The notes: a model not told the origin generated them from the letters alone. A stretch of DNA of 64,000 bases from Candidatus Limnocylindrales bacterium (GCA_035559535.1 DATMBG010000058.1:248001-312000), one strand, 5' to 3'; shown: positions 1 to 9,429, numbered from the stretch's first letter. Translations and numbers: made by a program.

Positions 1-692
1 TAAATGCCGATGAGAACGCCGGCTGCACCTCCTAAAGCGGAGCCGATTAAGAACGTCAAGGAGATAATCCGATTGATAGGGATCCCCATAGAGCTTGCCA
101 TTTCCCGGTCTTCCGCTACAGCTCGCATAGCACGTCCCAGTGTGGTTCTATGAACCAGGTAATAAAGCCCCATCATGATTCCCAACGAGACCAGGGTGAT
201 AACGATAACAATGGCAGATATATTCACCCCTCCCACCTGAATTCTCCAGGAGGGTGGGAAGAGGAGCCGGCTACTGTAAACCTTCATGCGGGCTCCCTGG
301 GTAAGCATAACGGCATTTTGTAGGAAGATAGAAGCTCCAATGGCACTGATTAGAGGGGCAAGTCGGGAAGCTCCCCGTTTATAAAGGGGACGATAAGCTA
401 AAAACTCCAGAGTTACTCCAACAAACGCAGATCCCAGCATGGCGATTCCTAACAACAAGGGGAGAACCCAAATAGGATGGAGAAAGGATAGCTTTAGGGA
501 CAAAAGCCAGGTGAGAACCCCCCAACCCAGGTAAGCCCCGATCATAAAAACCTCCCCATGGGCAAAATTGATCATGAACAGGATCCCATAAACCATGGTA
601 TATCCCAGGGCGATCAATCCATACACGCTCCCCAGGGCGAATCCAAAGACCAGTTGTTGGGGAAGAATTTGAAGAGTCTGTTCAAAATTCAT
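1..692 (-). CDS. livH: Branched-chain amino acid ABC transporter permease LivH (runs off the left window edge)
   Basis: Not in the ORF track. Manual translation from ATG at 692 (overlapping the upstream TAA as TAATG) gives MNFEQTLQILPQQLVFGFALGSVYGLIALGYTMVYGILFMINFAHGEVFMIGAY, the typical LivH N-terminus. Confidence 0.9.
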   Translation of the reverse strand, partial: MNFEQTLQILPQQLVFGFALGSVYGLIALGYTMVYGILFMINFAHGEVFMIGAYLGWGVLTWLLSLKLSFLHPIWVLPLLLGIAMLGSAFVGVTLEFLAYRPLYKRGASRLAPLISAIGASIFLQNAVMLTQGARMKVYSSRLLFPPSWRIQVGGVNISAIVIVITLVSLGIMMGLYYLVHRTTLGRAMRAVAEDREMASSMGIPINRIISLTFLIGSALGGAAGVLIGI

Positions 693-1888
693 TATTTCAC
701 CACAATGGTCTTCACCTGCTCAAAGGCATTATTTTTGACCTGGTAAAAGTAAATAACTCCTCCGGCCACATCCCCTTTTTCATCAAAGGAGATGGGAACC
801 CCCAGAATTCCTCTATAATCCTTTGTGGCACGGACTGCATCCCGGATAGCTGCACGATCGGCCTTACCGACCTTTTGAATAGCCGTCAGGATAATATTTG
901 CGGCTTCATAAGCCAGAGGACCATAAGAACTTAAAGGTCCGTATTGGGCTTCAAATTTTTTAACAAATTCGGCGGCTTCAGGAACTTTTCTCATATCCGG
1001 AGCCAGAAAACTTACGTAATTTCCCTCTGCAGCTCCTCCGGAAGCCTGAATATAATCCACAGGCTCAAATTGACCATCGGGCCCAATCATACGAACATCC
1101 AGGCCCACCTCCGGCAGTTGCTTAGCCATCAGGGAAGCCTCTGGTGACCATAGGCTGGCATAAATGACCTGTACATCTTTCGGAACGGTTCCCAGTATGG
1201 AACGGAGGTCTTTATCTCCGGCCTTAATAACAAAACGAAAGGTTTGGGCTCCCAACTCTTTAGCTTTTTTCTCGAATTCATCGGCGGCTCCCCGAGGCCC
1301 AGTCGTTCCATCGTCAAAGATAGCAATTTTTTTGGCTTTTAGCTCTTCCACTGCAAAGATAGCCCCTGCAGGACCCTGGGCATCATCCCGTGCACAAACG
1401 CGGTTGACAACCTTCAGGCCTCGATCCGTCACCTTAGGATTGGTACATCCGGGGGAGATCATAACCAGATTGGCAGCCTCAAATTTTTCCGATGCAGGAA
1501 TACAGGTTACACTGGTTATTCCATAAACTACTCCCATGACCGCCGGATCCGCTATGATTTTTTCAGCTGCGGTAACTCCCATTTGGGGATTTCCCTGATC
1601 ATCGGCTTCCAGAACCTCAATCCTGGCTCCCAGTACACCCCCCCGTTCATTCCATTCCTCAGCAGCCAGCTTAACTGCGTTGGCCACCTCTTGCCCCTGT
1701 TTAGCCAGAGGACCTGTCAGGGGAATTCCCACCGCAATCTTAATGACCTCTGTAGCATAAGAAGTTTCTAAAACCAGCGTCATCTGAACAAGAAAGCTTA
1801 AAGCTAAAGCAAGAATCCTTAAAATTCTCGGAGAATTCTGAGTTTTTTTCATGGCTCTTAAAACCATACAGCGTAATGTATAAAACAT
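692..1888 (-). CDS. Branched-chain amino acid ABC transporter substrate-binding protein (LivJ/LivK family)
   Basis: Signal peptide; IKIAVGIPLTGPLAKQG, DDQGNP, RVCARDDAQG and ISFDEKGD motifs; directly upstream of livH. Start could be 1852. Confidence 0.9.
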   Translation of the reverse strand: MFYTLRCMVLRAMKKTQNSPRILRILALALSFLVQMTLVLETSYATEVIKIAVGIPLTGPLAKQGQEVANAVKLAAEEWNERGGVLGARIEVLEADDQGNPQMGVTAAEKIIADPAVMGVVYGITSVTCIPASEKFEAANLVMISPGCTNPKVTDRGLKVVNRVCARDDAQGPAGAIFAVEELKAKKIAIFDDGTTGPRGAADEFEKKAKELGAQTFRFVIKAGDKDLRSILGTVPKDVQVIYASLWSPEASLMAKQLPEVGLDVRMIGPDGQFEPVDYIQASGGAAEGNYVSFLAPDMRKVPEAAEFVKKFEAQYGPLSSYGPLAYEAANIILTAIQKVGKADRAAIRDAVRATKDYRGILGVPISFDEKGDVAGGVIYFYQVKNNAFEQVKTIVVK

Positions 1889-1909
1889 AGCCTTTAAAAC
1901 CTCCTATTT

Positions 1910-2086
1910 ATGACGCTTTGTTTACTTGGTTTTGCTTGACTTTTAGACGACCCCCCCCGGTTCCTCTCCCACGCTGCGGGCGAGGGGAGTTGAGGAGTTG
2001 GTCTGGAGATTTACCGGCTCTCCTCCTACCCTGGGGGAGGGGCCGGGGGAGGGAAAAGAACCCTGCCCCTTTAGCTTTACAAAACC
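1910..2086. repeat. Composite palindromic intergenic element (C-rich/G-rich core, MITE-like end)
   Basis: CCTCTCCC...GGGCGAGGGG and CTCCTACCC-TG-GGGGAGGG hairpins. Left end TTTACTTGGTTTTGCTTGACTTTTAGACG resembles the reverse complement of 42344-42380. Confidence 0.6.
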
Positions 2087-2121
2087 ACCCGATCGGTAGT
2101 ATTTCCCGAAGAAATAATTTG

Positions 2122-2256
2122 TCCTTGTAAGAGGCCCCTTCAGCAGACTCAGGATAAACTCCACAAAGAAACAATCCCAGGAAAAATCGCTTCGCCGGGT
2201 TTATTCCGATATATCCAGGAACTCACCAGGGCCTCCCACCTGTTTACTTACAAGTC
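2122..2256 (-). ncRNA. Candidate structured 5' leader RNA of the liv operon (unassigned family)
   Basis: Nested inverted repeats CTTGTAAG/CTTACAAG, GAGGCCCT/AGGGGCCTC and GGATA/TATCC would form a ~135-nt irregular hairpin. I recognise no riboswitch consensus. Confidence 0.3.
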
Positions 2257-2425
2257 GATATAAAACCTGTTTTTTATACCTGACCGAAGGAAGGTTAGAT
2301 ACGTCTTATACATTACGTGGTACGTTTTACTTCTTACCTTTAAGGATATGCGTCAAGTAGTTAAATCTTTTCATATCGGGTTTTAAGAGGGATTGTCAAC
2401 ACTTTTTTCTGAATATCTTTATTCC

Positions 2426-2454
2426 TTGACAGGGGACGGTAGAAACGATATAGT
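2426..2454 (+). promoter_or_regulatory. Sigma70-type promoter of the TPR/LolB-like operon
   Basis: TTGACA-N17-TATAGT. Confidence 0.7.
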
Positions 2455-2516
2455 GTCTTTAATGAATGGGTTAATGGGCTTTTATGAACACCAACTCTAT
2501 CTTTAGAAGGGATCAC

Positions 2517-4328
2517 ATGGATACGATTAAACGTTTATTTAAAAGTAAGGGGACTTTCTGGATTTTGATTGTCCTTTTAAATTCATGTAGTTCAACGGCT
2601 AAGTCAACACCTCCTTCATTGGAATCTCAAGCGGAGGTGGTTAGCATAGGGCATGATAAAGTCAAAGAGAATTCAGAGAAAAAACTTGAAAATGTAAAGG
2701 CGATCGATGCTCAAGCTTATTATCACTATCAACTCGGGGTCTTAGCCCTCGCCTCAGGGGATATTGAGCAGGCGATTACTCACTACTCCGATGCCCTTAA
2801 GTTAGATGATAAATCCCCCTTTTTATACGTAGAGCTTGGAAAAGCTTTGGCTCGTAAAGGAGACTTCTATAGGGCTAAAGAAGTCTGCGAGAAGGCTTTG
2901 GTTTTAGATGCTTCCTATCTCCCCGCTCGAACATTACTAGCGGCTGTGTATTCCGGGCTTAATGAAAAGGAACAGGCTATCCAGGAATATCAAAAAGTCA
3001 TCGAACTCAATCCGAAAGACGCACAACCTTATATTGCTTTAGCAGGTTTATATAAAGAAAAGAAGGACTATACCAAGGCTTTAGAGGTTTTAAATCGGTT
3101 AACCGATCAGCCTGAAAATGCTCAAGTCGGGTTCTATCAGATGGGGCAAATCTATCTCGAAATGAAGGATCTGGACCGGGCTATCCAGAGCTTCGAGAAG
3201 GCCATCGAAGTCGATTCTGATTTTATTCAGGCCTATGCGACTTTGGCAGCTCTCTATGAGACACAAAAACAATATAAAAAGGCGGCAGAAACCTACGAGA
3301 GGGCCTTACATGCCATCGGGGAAGAGCCCCGTATAATGGATCGGCTCATGAGACTTTATACCCAATTGAAGGATTATACCAAAGCTTTACAATATGCCGA
3401 GAAACTTAAAAGTGTGGATCCCGATAATGATGAAATCGATATCGATATCGGCGTTATTTACTACGAATCCAAGCAGTATGAAAAAGCTGAGAGTCTTTTC
3501 AAGGATTATCTGGCCCTCCATCCGGAGAATATTGAGGTTCGAGCTTATCTTGCAGCCACCTTGGAGGAGAATCAAAAGTACAATGAAGCGCTGGGGGAAT
3601 GGGAAAAGGTTCTGGAACAGGATCCTAAATCTTTTGATACCCGGATTCGAATCGGAATGCTCCTTTCTCAACAGGGTAAACAGGATCAGGCGATAAAAAT
3701 GTTTGAGAAAACCCTGGAACTATTTCCGGACAAGACCCGGGCTTATATTTTATTGGGAATTGCTTATAGCCAGGCCAAACGCTATGAAGATGCTTTAAAG
3801 GTTCTTCAAAATGGCCTCCAGCAGAATGAAAAGGATCCTGCTTTACTGGCCACCTTACAATTTCATACCGGGGCCGTGTTGGAGCGCCTGGGCCGATTTG
3901 ATGAAGCCCTTGAGATGTTCAAAAAGGTTATGGATCTGGATCCTACCTACAGTAATGCCTTCAATTACTATGGTTATATGCTGGCCGAAAAGGGGATCCG
4001 CCTCGATGAAGCCCTTACGGCAATTCAAAAAGCTTTGGAGCTGGAGCCGGACAATGGGGCCTACATCGATAGCTTGGGCTGGGTGTATTATCAAAAAGGG
4101 ATGATTGATGAGGCGATTCGGGAACTGGAGCGTGCCGCAAACTTAATTAAGGATGATCCAACCGTTCAAGAACATCTGGGAGATGCCTATTCTAAAAAAG
4201 GCTGGTTCCAGAAAGCTATCGATGCCTATGAAAAGTCCTTAAAGTTAAAACCGGAAAACGAGAAGCAAGTCCAGAAAAAGTTAGATGAAATCCGACTCAG
4301 ACTAAAATCAGAAGCAAATCAGAAGTGA
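2517..4328 (+). CDS. Tetratricopeptide-repeat lipoprotein
   Basis: Lipobox LLNSC, many TPRs and the C-terminal NYYGYMLAE...YIDSLGWVYY...EHLGDAY signature. Start 2517 has an SD-like GAAGGGA; 2484 is the alternative. Confidence 0.85.
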   Translation: MDTIKRLFKSKGTFWILIVLLNSCSSTAKSTPPSLESQAEVVSIGHDKVKENSEKKLENVKAIDAQAYYHYQLGVLALASGDIEQAITHYSDALKLDDKSPFLYVELGKALARKGDFYRAKEVCEKALVLDASYLPARTLLAAVYSGLNEKEQAIQEYQKVIELNPKDAQPYIALAGLYKEKKDYTKALEVLNRLTDQPENAQVGFYQMGQIYLEMKDLDRAIQSFEKAIEVDSDFIQAYATLAALYETQKQYKKAAETYERALHAIGEEPRIMDRLMRLYTQLKDYTKALQYAEKLKSVDPDNDEIDIDIGVIYYESKQYEKAESLFKDYLALHPENIEVRAYLAATLEENQKYNEALGEWEKVLEQDPKSFDTRIRIGMLLSQQGKQDQAIKMFEKTLELFPDKTRAYILLGIAYSQAKRYEDALKVLQNGLQQNEKDPALLATLQFHTGAVLERLGRFDEALEMFKKVMDLDPTYSNAFNYYGYMLAEKGIRLDEALTAIQKALELEPDNGAYIDSLGWVYYQKGMIDEAIRELERAANLIKDDPTVQEHLGDAYSKKGWFQKAIDAYEKSLKLKPENEKQVQKKLDEIRLRLKSEANQK

Positions 4329-5299
4329 GAAACAGGACGCAAAGAGCATCTATAAAAGGGGCACAAGGAGTAAAGGCCAGAGAGCTGAAGTTGTGGAAGT
4401 CTATTTATTTTCATCTCTCTTCCTCGATTCCTTGTTACCTGCTTCTTGTTTCTTGGTTTTTGCTTCTCATTGAGGGTTGCGCAAAAAAACTACCTCCCCC
4501 TCTTACCCCGCTTTCTACACCGGCTAAATTATCTACCGGGGAGTTATACCAGTTGATGGAACAACGTATGGCCGGTTTTCAAAACTTCCGAGGTATTGCC
4601 AAGATCCGGCTGGTCAGCGAGAACAAAAAGTATCGATTTACGGAGGTCATCGTTCTTGAGAAACCGAACTTGTTCAGGTTGGAGACCCTGGGATTTTTAA
4701 ATCAACCTGCTTTATTTGTTGTTTCCAACGGTAAGTCCCTATCCCTTTATTCTAAAAGAGATAATCAGTATTATTCGGGTACGGCTTCTCAGGCAAATCT
4801 GTTTAAGTTGACCGGCCTTAATCTGGCTGTTGAAGATGTGGTTCGCGTTTTATCGGGCAATCCTCCTCGATTGGAAAAGATCAGCTCAAAACAATCCCGT
4901 TATTTTCCAGATCAAAAGGTATACCAGTTGGAGTTGATCTCGACCCGGTCTCAAATCCGGCAGTTGATTTCTTTAGATGCGACCACCAACACCTTCTCCC
5001 AGATGGAATCTTATCGACTTCCCGACGGGGTCCTGCTTCTTAAAGTTATGTGGGAAGATTATCGAAGTGCAGACGGCTATCCCGTTCCGGGAAAGGTAAT
5101 TATCGATAAACCTTTAGATAAAACCCGTATCGAGCTGACGTATCAGAGTTTTGAGGTGAACCAGAGTTTAGATGGCGATCTTTTTTATTTGAAACCTCCT
5201 GAAAATGTCACCGTTCGTCTGTTAGATAGTCCTGCAGAAGAACCCTTAGAGCATCTGGCCCCTTTTAAAGAATTTGAACGCCCGGATGGGTCGGACTAA
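4325..5299 (+). CDS. LolB/LolA-fold outer-membrane lipoprotein (DUF4292-like)
   Basis: Lipobox IEGC; beta-rich body (PNLFRLETLGFL, YPVPGKVII, NQSLDGDLFYLKPP); 4-bp overlap with the TPR gene, matching common TPR-lolB synteny. Confidence 0.7.
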   Translation: MRNRTQRASIKGAQGVKARELKLWKSIYFHLSSSIPCYLLLVSWFLLLIEGCAKKLPPPLTPLSTPAKLSTGELYQLMEQRMAGFQNFRGIAKIRLVSENKKYRFTEVIVLEKPNLFRLETLGFLNQPALFVVSNGKSLSLYSKRDNQYYSGTASQANLFKLTGLNLAVEDVVRVLSGNPPRLEKISSKQSRYFPDQKVYQLELISTRSQIRQLISLDATTNTFSQMESYRLPDGVLLLKVMWEDYRSADGYPVPGKVIIDKPLDKTRIELTYQSFEVNQSLDGDLFYLKPPENVTVRLLDSPAEEPLEHLAPFKEFERPDGSD

Positions 5300-5327
5300 T
5301 AAGGCTTCCCCGGAGGCTGAAGATAAT

Positions 5328-6182
5328 TTAAGATGAAGAAGCAGAAATCAGGCGAACCACAAGAATAATCCCTATCAGGGCATAAAGAAAAAATAAGAAT
5401 AAAGCATACGGCGCGAAGACCAGAAGGACTATCAGCATCCCACAGAGAAGATCATGTTGCCAGGTTAATCTGGGATAATCCCAGAATAAAACCCTTTTAA
5501 TACCCTGGAAGACTCTTTCCAGGGGAGTGGAGGGTGTATACGTTTCATCCAGGGATAGAATAGGTTCGGGACTTACGCCTGCAGGAACTTTAGCTAATTG
5601 TCTTCGGGTTTCGAAGATACGATGGATCACCGTGAGGTTTGTGAAGAAAGCCAGAATCCAGACAACCATGTAGAGGTGGTTGGTTAGAGAGCCGATAATA
5701 ATGGTGACGGTTCGCTCCGGTCTTTCCATGAAACCTACCTTACAACTGGGAATGATGCACTCAGCTCGGGCCCGTACATAGCTGGTCATAATAGTTCCTA
5801 TCAAGGCGATGACCGAAAGGGTTATATAGAACTTGCTTTTCTCTAAGGCGTAGTAGATGATGATACCGATAAAGATGGCTATATCCGAATATCGATCGAT
5901 AACCGAATCAAAGAAAGCTCCAAAACTGGTAACCCTTCCGGACATTCTCGCTACGGCCCCATCCAGGACATCAAAAGCTCCGGCAATAATCAAGATAACT
6001 CCGGCCAATATAGGGCGTCGATAACCAAAGGCTATGGTGGCAATCACATTAATCCCTAATCCGATGAGCGTGAGCGTATTGGGGGTAAATCCAGCCTTGA
6101 TTAAGAGTCGAGCCAGGCTATCTCGCCATCTGGCAAAAAGTCCACCTACTTTCTTTCCGACTATATTTTTATCTATCCTCAT
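5328..6182 (-). CDS. CDP-alcohol phosphatidyltransferase (PgsA/PIP-synthase-like) with C-terminal membrane extension
   Basis: TPNTLT and the signature DVLDGAVARMSGRVTSFGAFFDSVIDRYSD, plus SYVRARAE and GFMERPER. The track start 6224 lies at the predicted promoter, so ATG 6182 is preferred. Confidence 0.88.
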   Translation of the reverse strand: MRIDKNIVGKKVGGLFARWRDSLARLLIKAGFTPNTLTLIGLGINVIATIAFGYRRPILAGVILIIAGAFDVLDGAVARMSGRVTSFGAFFDSVIDRYSDIAIFIGIIIYYALEKSKFYITLSVIALIGTIMTSYVRARAECIIPSCKVGFMERPERTVTIIIGSLTNHLYMVVWILAFFTNLTVIHRIFETRRQLAKVPAGVSPEPILSLDETYTPSTPLERVFQGIKRVLFWDYPRLTWQHDLLCGMLIVLLVFAPYALFLFFLYALIGIILVVRLISASSS

Positions 6183-6191
6183 TACTGCGCT

Positions 6192-6221
6192 ATGATATAA
6201 ATTCAATTCAAGGGTTGTCAA
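6192..6221 (-). promoter_or_regulatory. Sigma70-type promoter for the CDP-alcohol phosphatidyltransferase
   Basis: Minus strand TTGACA-N18-TATCAT, 9 nt before ATG 6182. Confidence 0.55.
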
Positions 6222-6245
6222 CAATAAAATCTTAGAGCTTTATAC

Positions 6246-6273
6246 TTGACATTGTCCGTTTAAATGCTAACAT
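6246..6273 (+). promoter_or_regulatory. Sigma70-type promoter (extended -10) for the PASTA-rpe operon
   Basis: TTGACA-N16-TAACAT with TG at the extended -10 position. Confidence 0.6.
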
Positions 6274-6325
6274 TTAATAACCGGTTTTTTCATTTTACCC
6301 GGTTGTAGTAAACCGGTTGTAGTAA

Positions 6326-7312
6326 ATGGCCATGATTTTGAAATTTTTCAAAGACCTGCTTAAGCTTATTTTCTTTGTTGTTTTCCTGGTTGGATTGAGT
6401 TTCCTGAGTGGTTTTATTGTCATGAAACTTTATCTGGCCGGAGGTGAAGTCGAAGTACCCGACTTAACCGGAAAAGAAGTTGAGGAAGCCAAACAGCTTT
6501 TATACAAGAAAGGTCTCAACCTTAAGCTGGTGGATGAGAAGAATGATACCAGCATACCTAAAAATCATGTTCTTTCTCAGGACCCTGCACCGAATTCCCG
6601 AATAAAACAAAACCGAACGGTTCGTGTGGTTCTAAGTCTGGGACCCGAGGAAGTAACCGTTCCCACCGTGGTAGGAAAGCCTCTGCGAAATGCCCAAATC
6701 CTTCTTAGACAGAATGGGCTTTTAGCGGGAAGAACGGTTTACATTCATTCAGATCAGGTTCCTATGGATAGTGTTATTGCTCAAAATCCTCCGGGCGAGT
6801 CTAAATATAGTAAGAAGGGGAAAGTAGATCTTTTACTGAGCCGGGGACCTTCTGAAAAGTCCTACATCATGCCGGATTTAATTGGAAAGAAGCTTGACTT
6901 TGCCAAAAAAGTTTTAGAAGAAATCGGGCTTGTGGTAGGACGGGTTGAGCGGGAAGCCTATGAAGGGGTTGAGTTCGATGTGGTTATCAGTCAAACCCCC
7001 AAACCGGGTACGATTATTAAAAAAGAGAACCTGGTCAATCTGGTGGTAAGTGAAGGGTCTTCTGGACTGGGAGCAGAGTCCAGATTTATTCCAACCAATC
7101 CGGTTACTCAGGTTTCCCTTGAGTATGTAGTTCCAGAAGGTCCTCCTACTCAGGAAGTTCGGGTGATTGTCAACAATGATGAGGGAGTTTCTGAAATTTT
7201 TAGACAATTCCTTCCTCCTGGGATGCGCATTCAGGTGGCTGTGCCGGTTATTGGGGAGACTTTAGTAGGAATTTATATCGATGGCATGTTGGTCCAACAA
7301 CGACGATTTTAA
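6326..7312 (+). CDS. PASTA domain-containing membrane protein (three PASTA repeats, no kinase domain)
   Basis: N-terminal TM; repeats VPDLTGK..A...L, VPTVVGK and MPDLIGK, each with a V(L/I)xQxP motif; upstream of rpe. Confidence 0.88.
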   Translation: MAMILKFFKDLLKLIFFVVFLVGLSFLSGFIVMKLYLAGGEVEVPDLTGKEVEEAKQLLYKKGLNLKLVDEKNDTSIPKNHVLSQDPAPNSRIKQNRTVRVVLSLGPEEVTVPTVVGKPLRNAQILLRQNGLLAGRTVYIHSDQVPMDSVIAQNPPGESKYSKKGKVDLLLSRGPSEKSYIMPDLIGKKLDFAKKVLEEIGLVVGRVEREAYEGVEFDVVISQTPKPGTIIKKENLVNLVVSEGSSGLGAESRFIPTNPVTQVSLEYVVPEGPPTQEVRVIVNNDEGVSEIFRQFLPPGMRIQVAVPVIGETLVGIYIDGMLVQQRRF

Positions 7313-7380
7313 AATTGGAGATGAGAGACCAGAGGTCTGTAAAACGGGCCTGGGGTCTTTAGTCTCAAGCCACCCGTTTC

Positions 7381-8046
7381 ATGATTAAAGTTGCTCCTTC
7401 CATATTATCGGCGGACTTTGCCAGGTTAGCCGAAGAAGTTAAGATCGTCGAGGCCGGGGGGGCAGATCTCATTCATGTGGATGTAATGGATGGTCATTTT
7501 GTTCCTAATCTGACCATAGGACCGATTGTGGTGGAAGCCTTACGAAAAAGGACTTCCCTTCCCCTGGATGTGCACCTGATGATTGAAAATCCAGATGCCT
7601 ATATTCCGGATTTTATCAAGAGTGGTGCGGATTCTATTACTGTTCATGTCGAAGCCTGTACCCATCTCCACCGAACGGTTCACCTTATTAAAGAAAAAGG
7701 GGTCAAAGTAGGGGTTGCCTTAAATCCTGCTACTCCTCTGACAAGCCTGCAGGAGATTGTCCAGGAGATCGATATGGCCCTTTTAATGTCTGTCAATCCC
7801 GGATTTGGTGGGCAAAAATTTATTCCTTCGGTACTTTCTAAGATTCAGCGATTCCGGCGAATCTTGCAGGATATGAATATTCTCCGGTTGGAAATTGAGG
7901 TGGACGGAGGAATTAAAGTCGACAATGCGGCTCAAATAGCCCTGGCAGGTGCAGATATTTTAGTGGCTGGATCGGCTGTCTTTGGATCTTCGGATCCAGC
8001 CGGTGTGATACGAAAAATAAAGGAAGCCTGTGCTATTCAGGTTTAA
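7381..8046 (+). CDS. rpe: Ribulose-phosphate 3-epimerase
   Basis: [48 protein letters not shown]. Confidence 0.98.
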   Translation: MIKVAPSILSADFARLAEEVKIVEAGGADLIHVDVMDGHFVPNLTIGPIVVEALRKRTSLPLDVHLMIENPDAYIPDFIKSGADSITVHVEACTHLHRTVHLIKEKGVKVGVALNPATPLTSLQEIVQEIDMALLMSVNPGFGGQKFIPSVLSKIQRFRRILQDMNILRLEIEVDGGIKVDNAAQIALAGADILVAGSAVFGSSDPAGVIRKIKEACAIQV

Positions 8047-8105
8047 TCAGGAGTCAGAATCCAGGAGTCAGAAACTAACTTCCTGACTCCTGACTCCCGA
8101 CTTCT
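8047..8105. repeat. Intergenic fold-back of 7-nt repeats (TCAGGAG/TCAGAAT vs CTCCTGA)
   Basis: TCAGGAG TCAGAAT CCAGGAG TCAGAAA ... TTCCTGA CTCCTGA CTCCCGA CTTCT. Confidence 0.85.
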
Positions 8106-8121
8106 ATCATTAAAAAATAGA

Positions 8122-9423
8122 ATGGATTTAAAAGAAAAGATTCTCCAACGAAAAGCTGTTGCCGGCGTGATCGGACTGGGCTATGTAGGCCTCCCCTTAG
8201 CCTTAGAGTTCTGTAGGGCTGGTTTTCAGGTCATTGGGTTTGATGTAAATATCAACAGGGTTAATGCCATTAACCGGGGCGACTCTTACATTCAGGATAT
8301 TTCTCCAGAAGCGGTCCAGGCGGCATTGCAGCAAAAGCGGTTACTGGCCTCCACAGATTTTTCTCTTCTGAAAGAAATCGATGCCGTCAGTATCTGTGTG
8401 CCGACCCCTTTGAGGAAGACAAAAGATCCGGATATTTCCTATATCGTAGCTGCTGTGGAGCAGATTACCCGGTATTTACATAAAGGGCAACTGATCGTTT
8501 TGGAAAGTACTACCTATCCGGGAACGACCGATGAGGTGATCTTACCCGAATTAAGCAAAACGGGCCTTAAAGTTGGAGAAGACTTTTATCTGGCTTTCTC
8601 CCCGGAGAGAGTGGATCCCGGAAATACCCGGTTTACCACACGAAATATTCCCAAGGTCATCGGTGGAATTACCCCCCAATGTACCGAAATGGCCATGACG
8701 CTCTATGAGCAGATCATTGAAAAGGTGATTCCTGTTTCTTCGACCAAAACGGCCGAAATGGTTAAACTTCTGGAGAATACCTTTCGCAGCGTTAATATTG
8801 CCCTGGTTAATGAAATTGCACTGATGTGTGATAAGTTGGGTATCGATGTGTGGGAAGTCATCAATGCTGCAGCCACTAAGCCTTTTGGCTTTATGCCTTT
8901 TTATCCGGGACCGGGTTTAGGAGGTCATTGTATTCCGCTGGATCCTTTTTACCTGGCATGGAAACTTAAAACCCTTAATTATACGGCACGATTTATTGAA
9001 CTGGCCGGAGAGATCAATGCCTTCATGCCCAATTATGTGATTAGTAAAGTTGCCGGAGTTCTCAATGATAAGGAGAGAAGTGTCAAGAACTCAAAAATTC
9101 TCATTATCGGGGTAGCCTATAAAAAGGATGTTAACGATATTCGAGAGTCTCCCGCCTTAGATATTATCCGTCTTCTAGAAAAGCAGGGAGCCAGGGTGTA
9201 CTACCATGATCCTTATATTCCTGAAATTACAGAGGAAGGAATCGTTTTAAAATCGGTAAACTTAACAGAATCTCTTCTGGCCGAAATGGATTGCACCGTC
9301 ATCGTAACCGATCATAGTGCTTATGATTACCAATGGCTGGTAGATCACTCTAACGTTGTGATTGATACCCGGAATGCTACGAAAAATGTTCGAGATTCTG
9401 GCAGGGTGATTCGGAAATTATAA
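8122..9423 (+). CDS. UDP-N-acetylhexosamine/UDP-glucose 6-dehydrogenase (WbpA/WecC-like)
   Basis: GLGYVGLP, CVPTP, ESTTYPGTT, SPERVDPG, KLLENTFR, catalytic GGHCIP, D(I)RESP. Confidence 0.93.
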   Translation: MDLKEKILQRKAVAGVIGLGYVGLPLALEFCRAGFQVIGFDVNINRVNAINRGDSYIQDISPEAVQAALQQKRLLASTDFSLLKEIDAVSICVPTPLRKTKDPDISYIVAAVEQITRYLHKGQLIVLESTTYPGTTDEVILPELSKTGLKVGEDFYLAFSPERVDPGNTRFTTRNIPKVIGGITPQCTEMAMTLYEQIIEKVIPVSSTKTAEMVKLLENTFRSVNIALVNEIALMCDKLGIDVWEVINAAATKPFGFMPFYPGPGLGGHCIPLDPFYLAWKLKTLNYTARFIELAGEINAFMPNYVISKVAGVLNDKERSVKNSKILIIGVAYKKDVNDIRESPALDIIRLLEKQGARVYYHDPYIPEITEEGIVLKSVNLTESLLAEMDCTVIVTDHSAYDYQWLVDHSNVVIDTRNATKNVRDSGRVIRKL

Positions 9424-9429
9424 AAACCC

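Noticed and set aside
1908-2174. Small ORFs across the palindromic elements (1908-2174, 1918-2130, 39559-39802)
   Set aside because: Pro/Gly/Arg-rich translations of C-rich/G-rich repeat DNA.
2122-2256. 6S RNA or T-box
   Set aside because: CCCACCTG recalls 6S and GGGTGGT (about 2084-2090, minus strand) recalls a T-box, but the flanking conserved elements are missing. Kept only as an unassigned structure.
2275-2296. Shared TCGGTCAGGT motif with 29420-29441
   Set aside because: A 10-bp exact match between two leaders of unrelated operons is compatible with chance.
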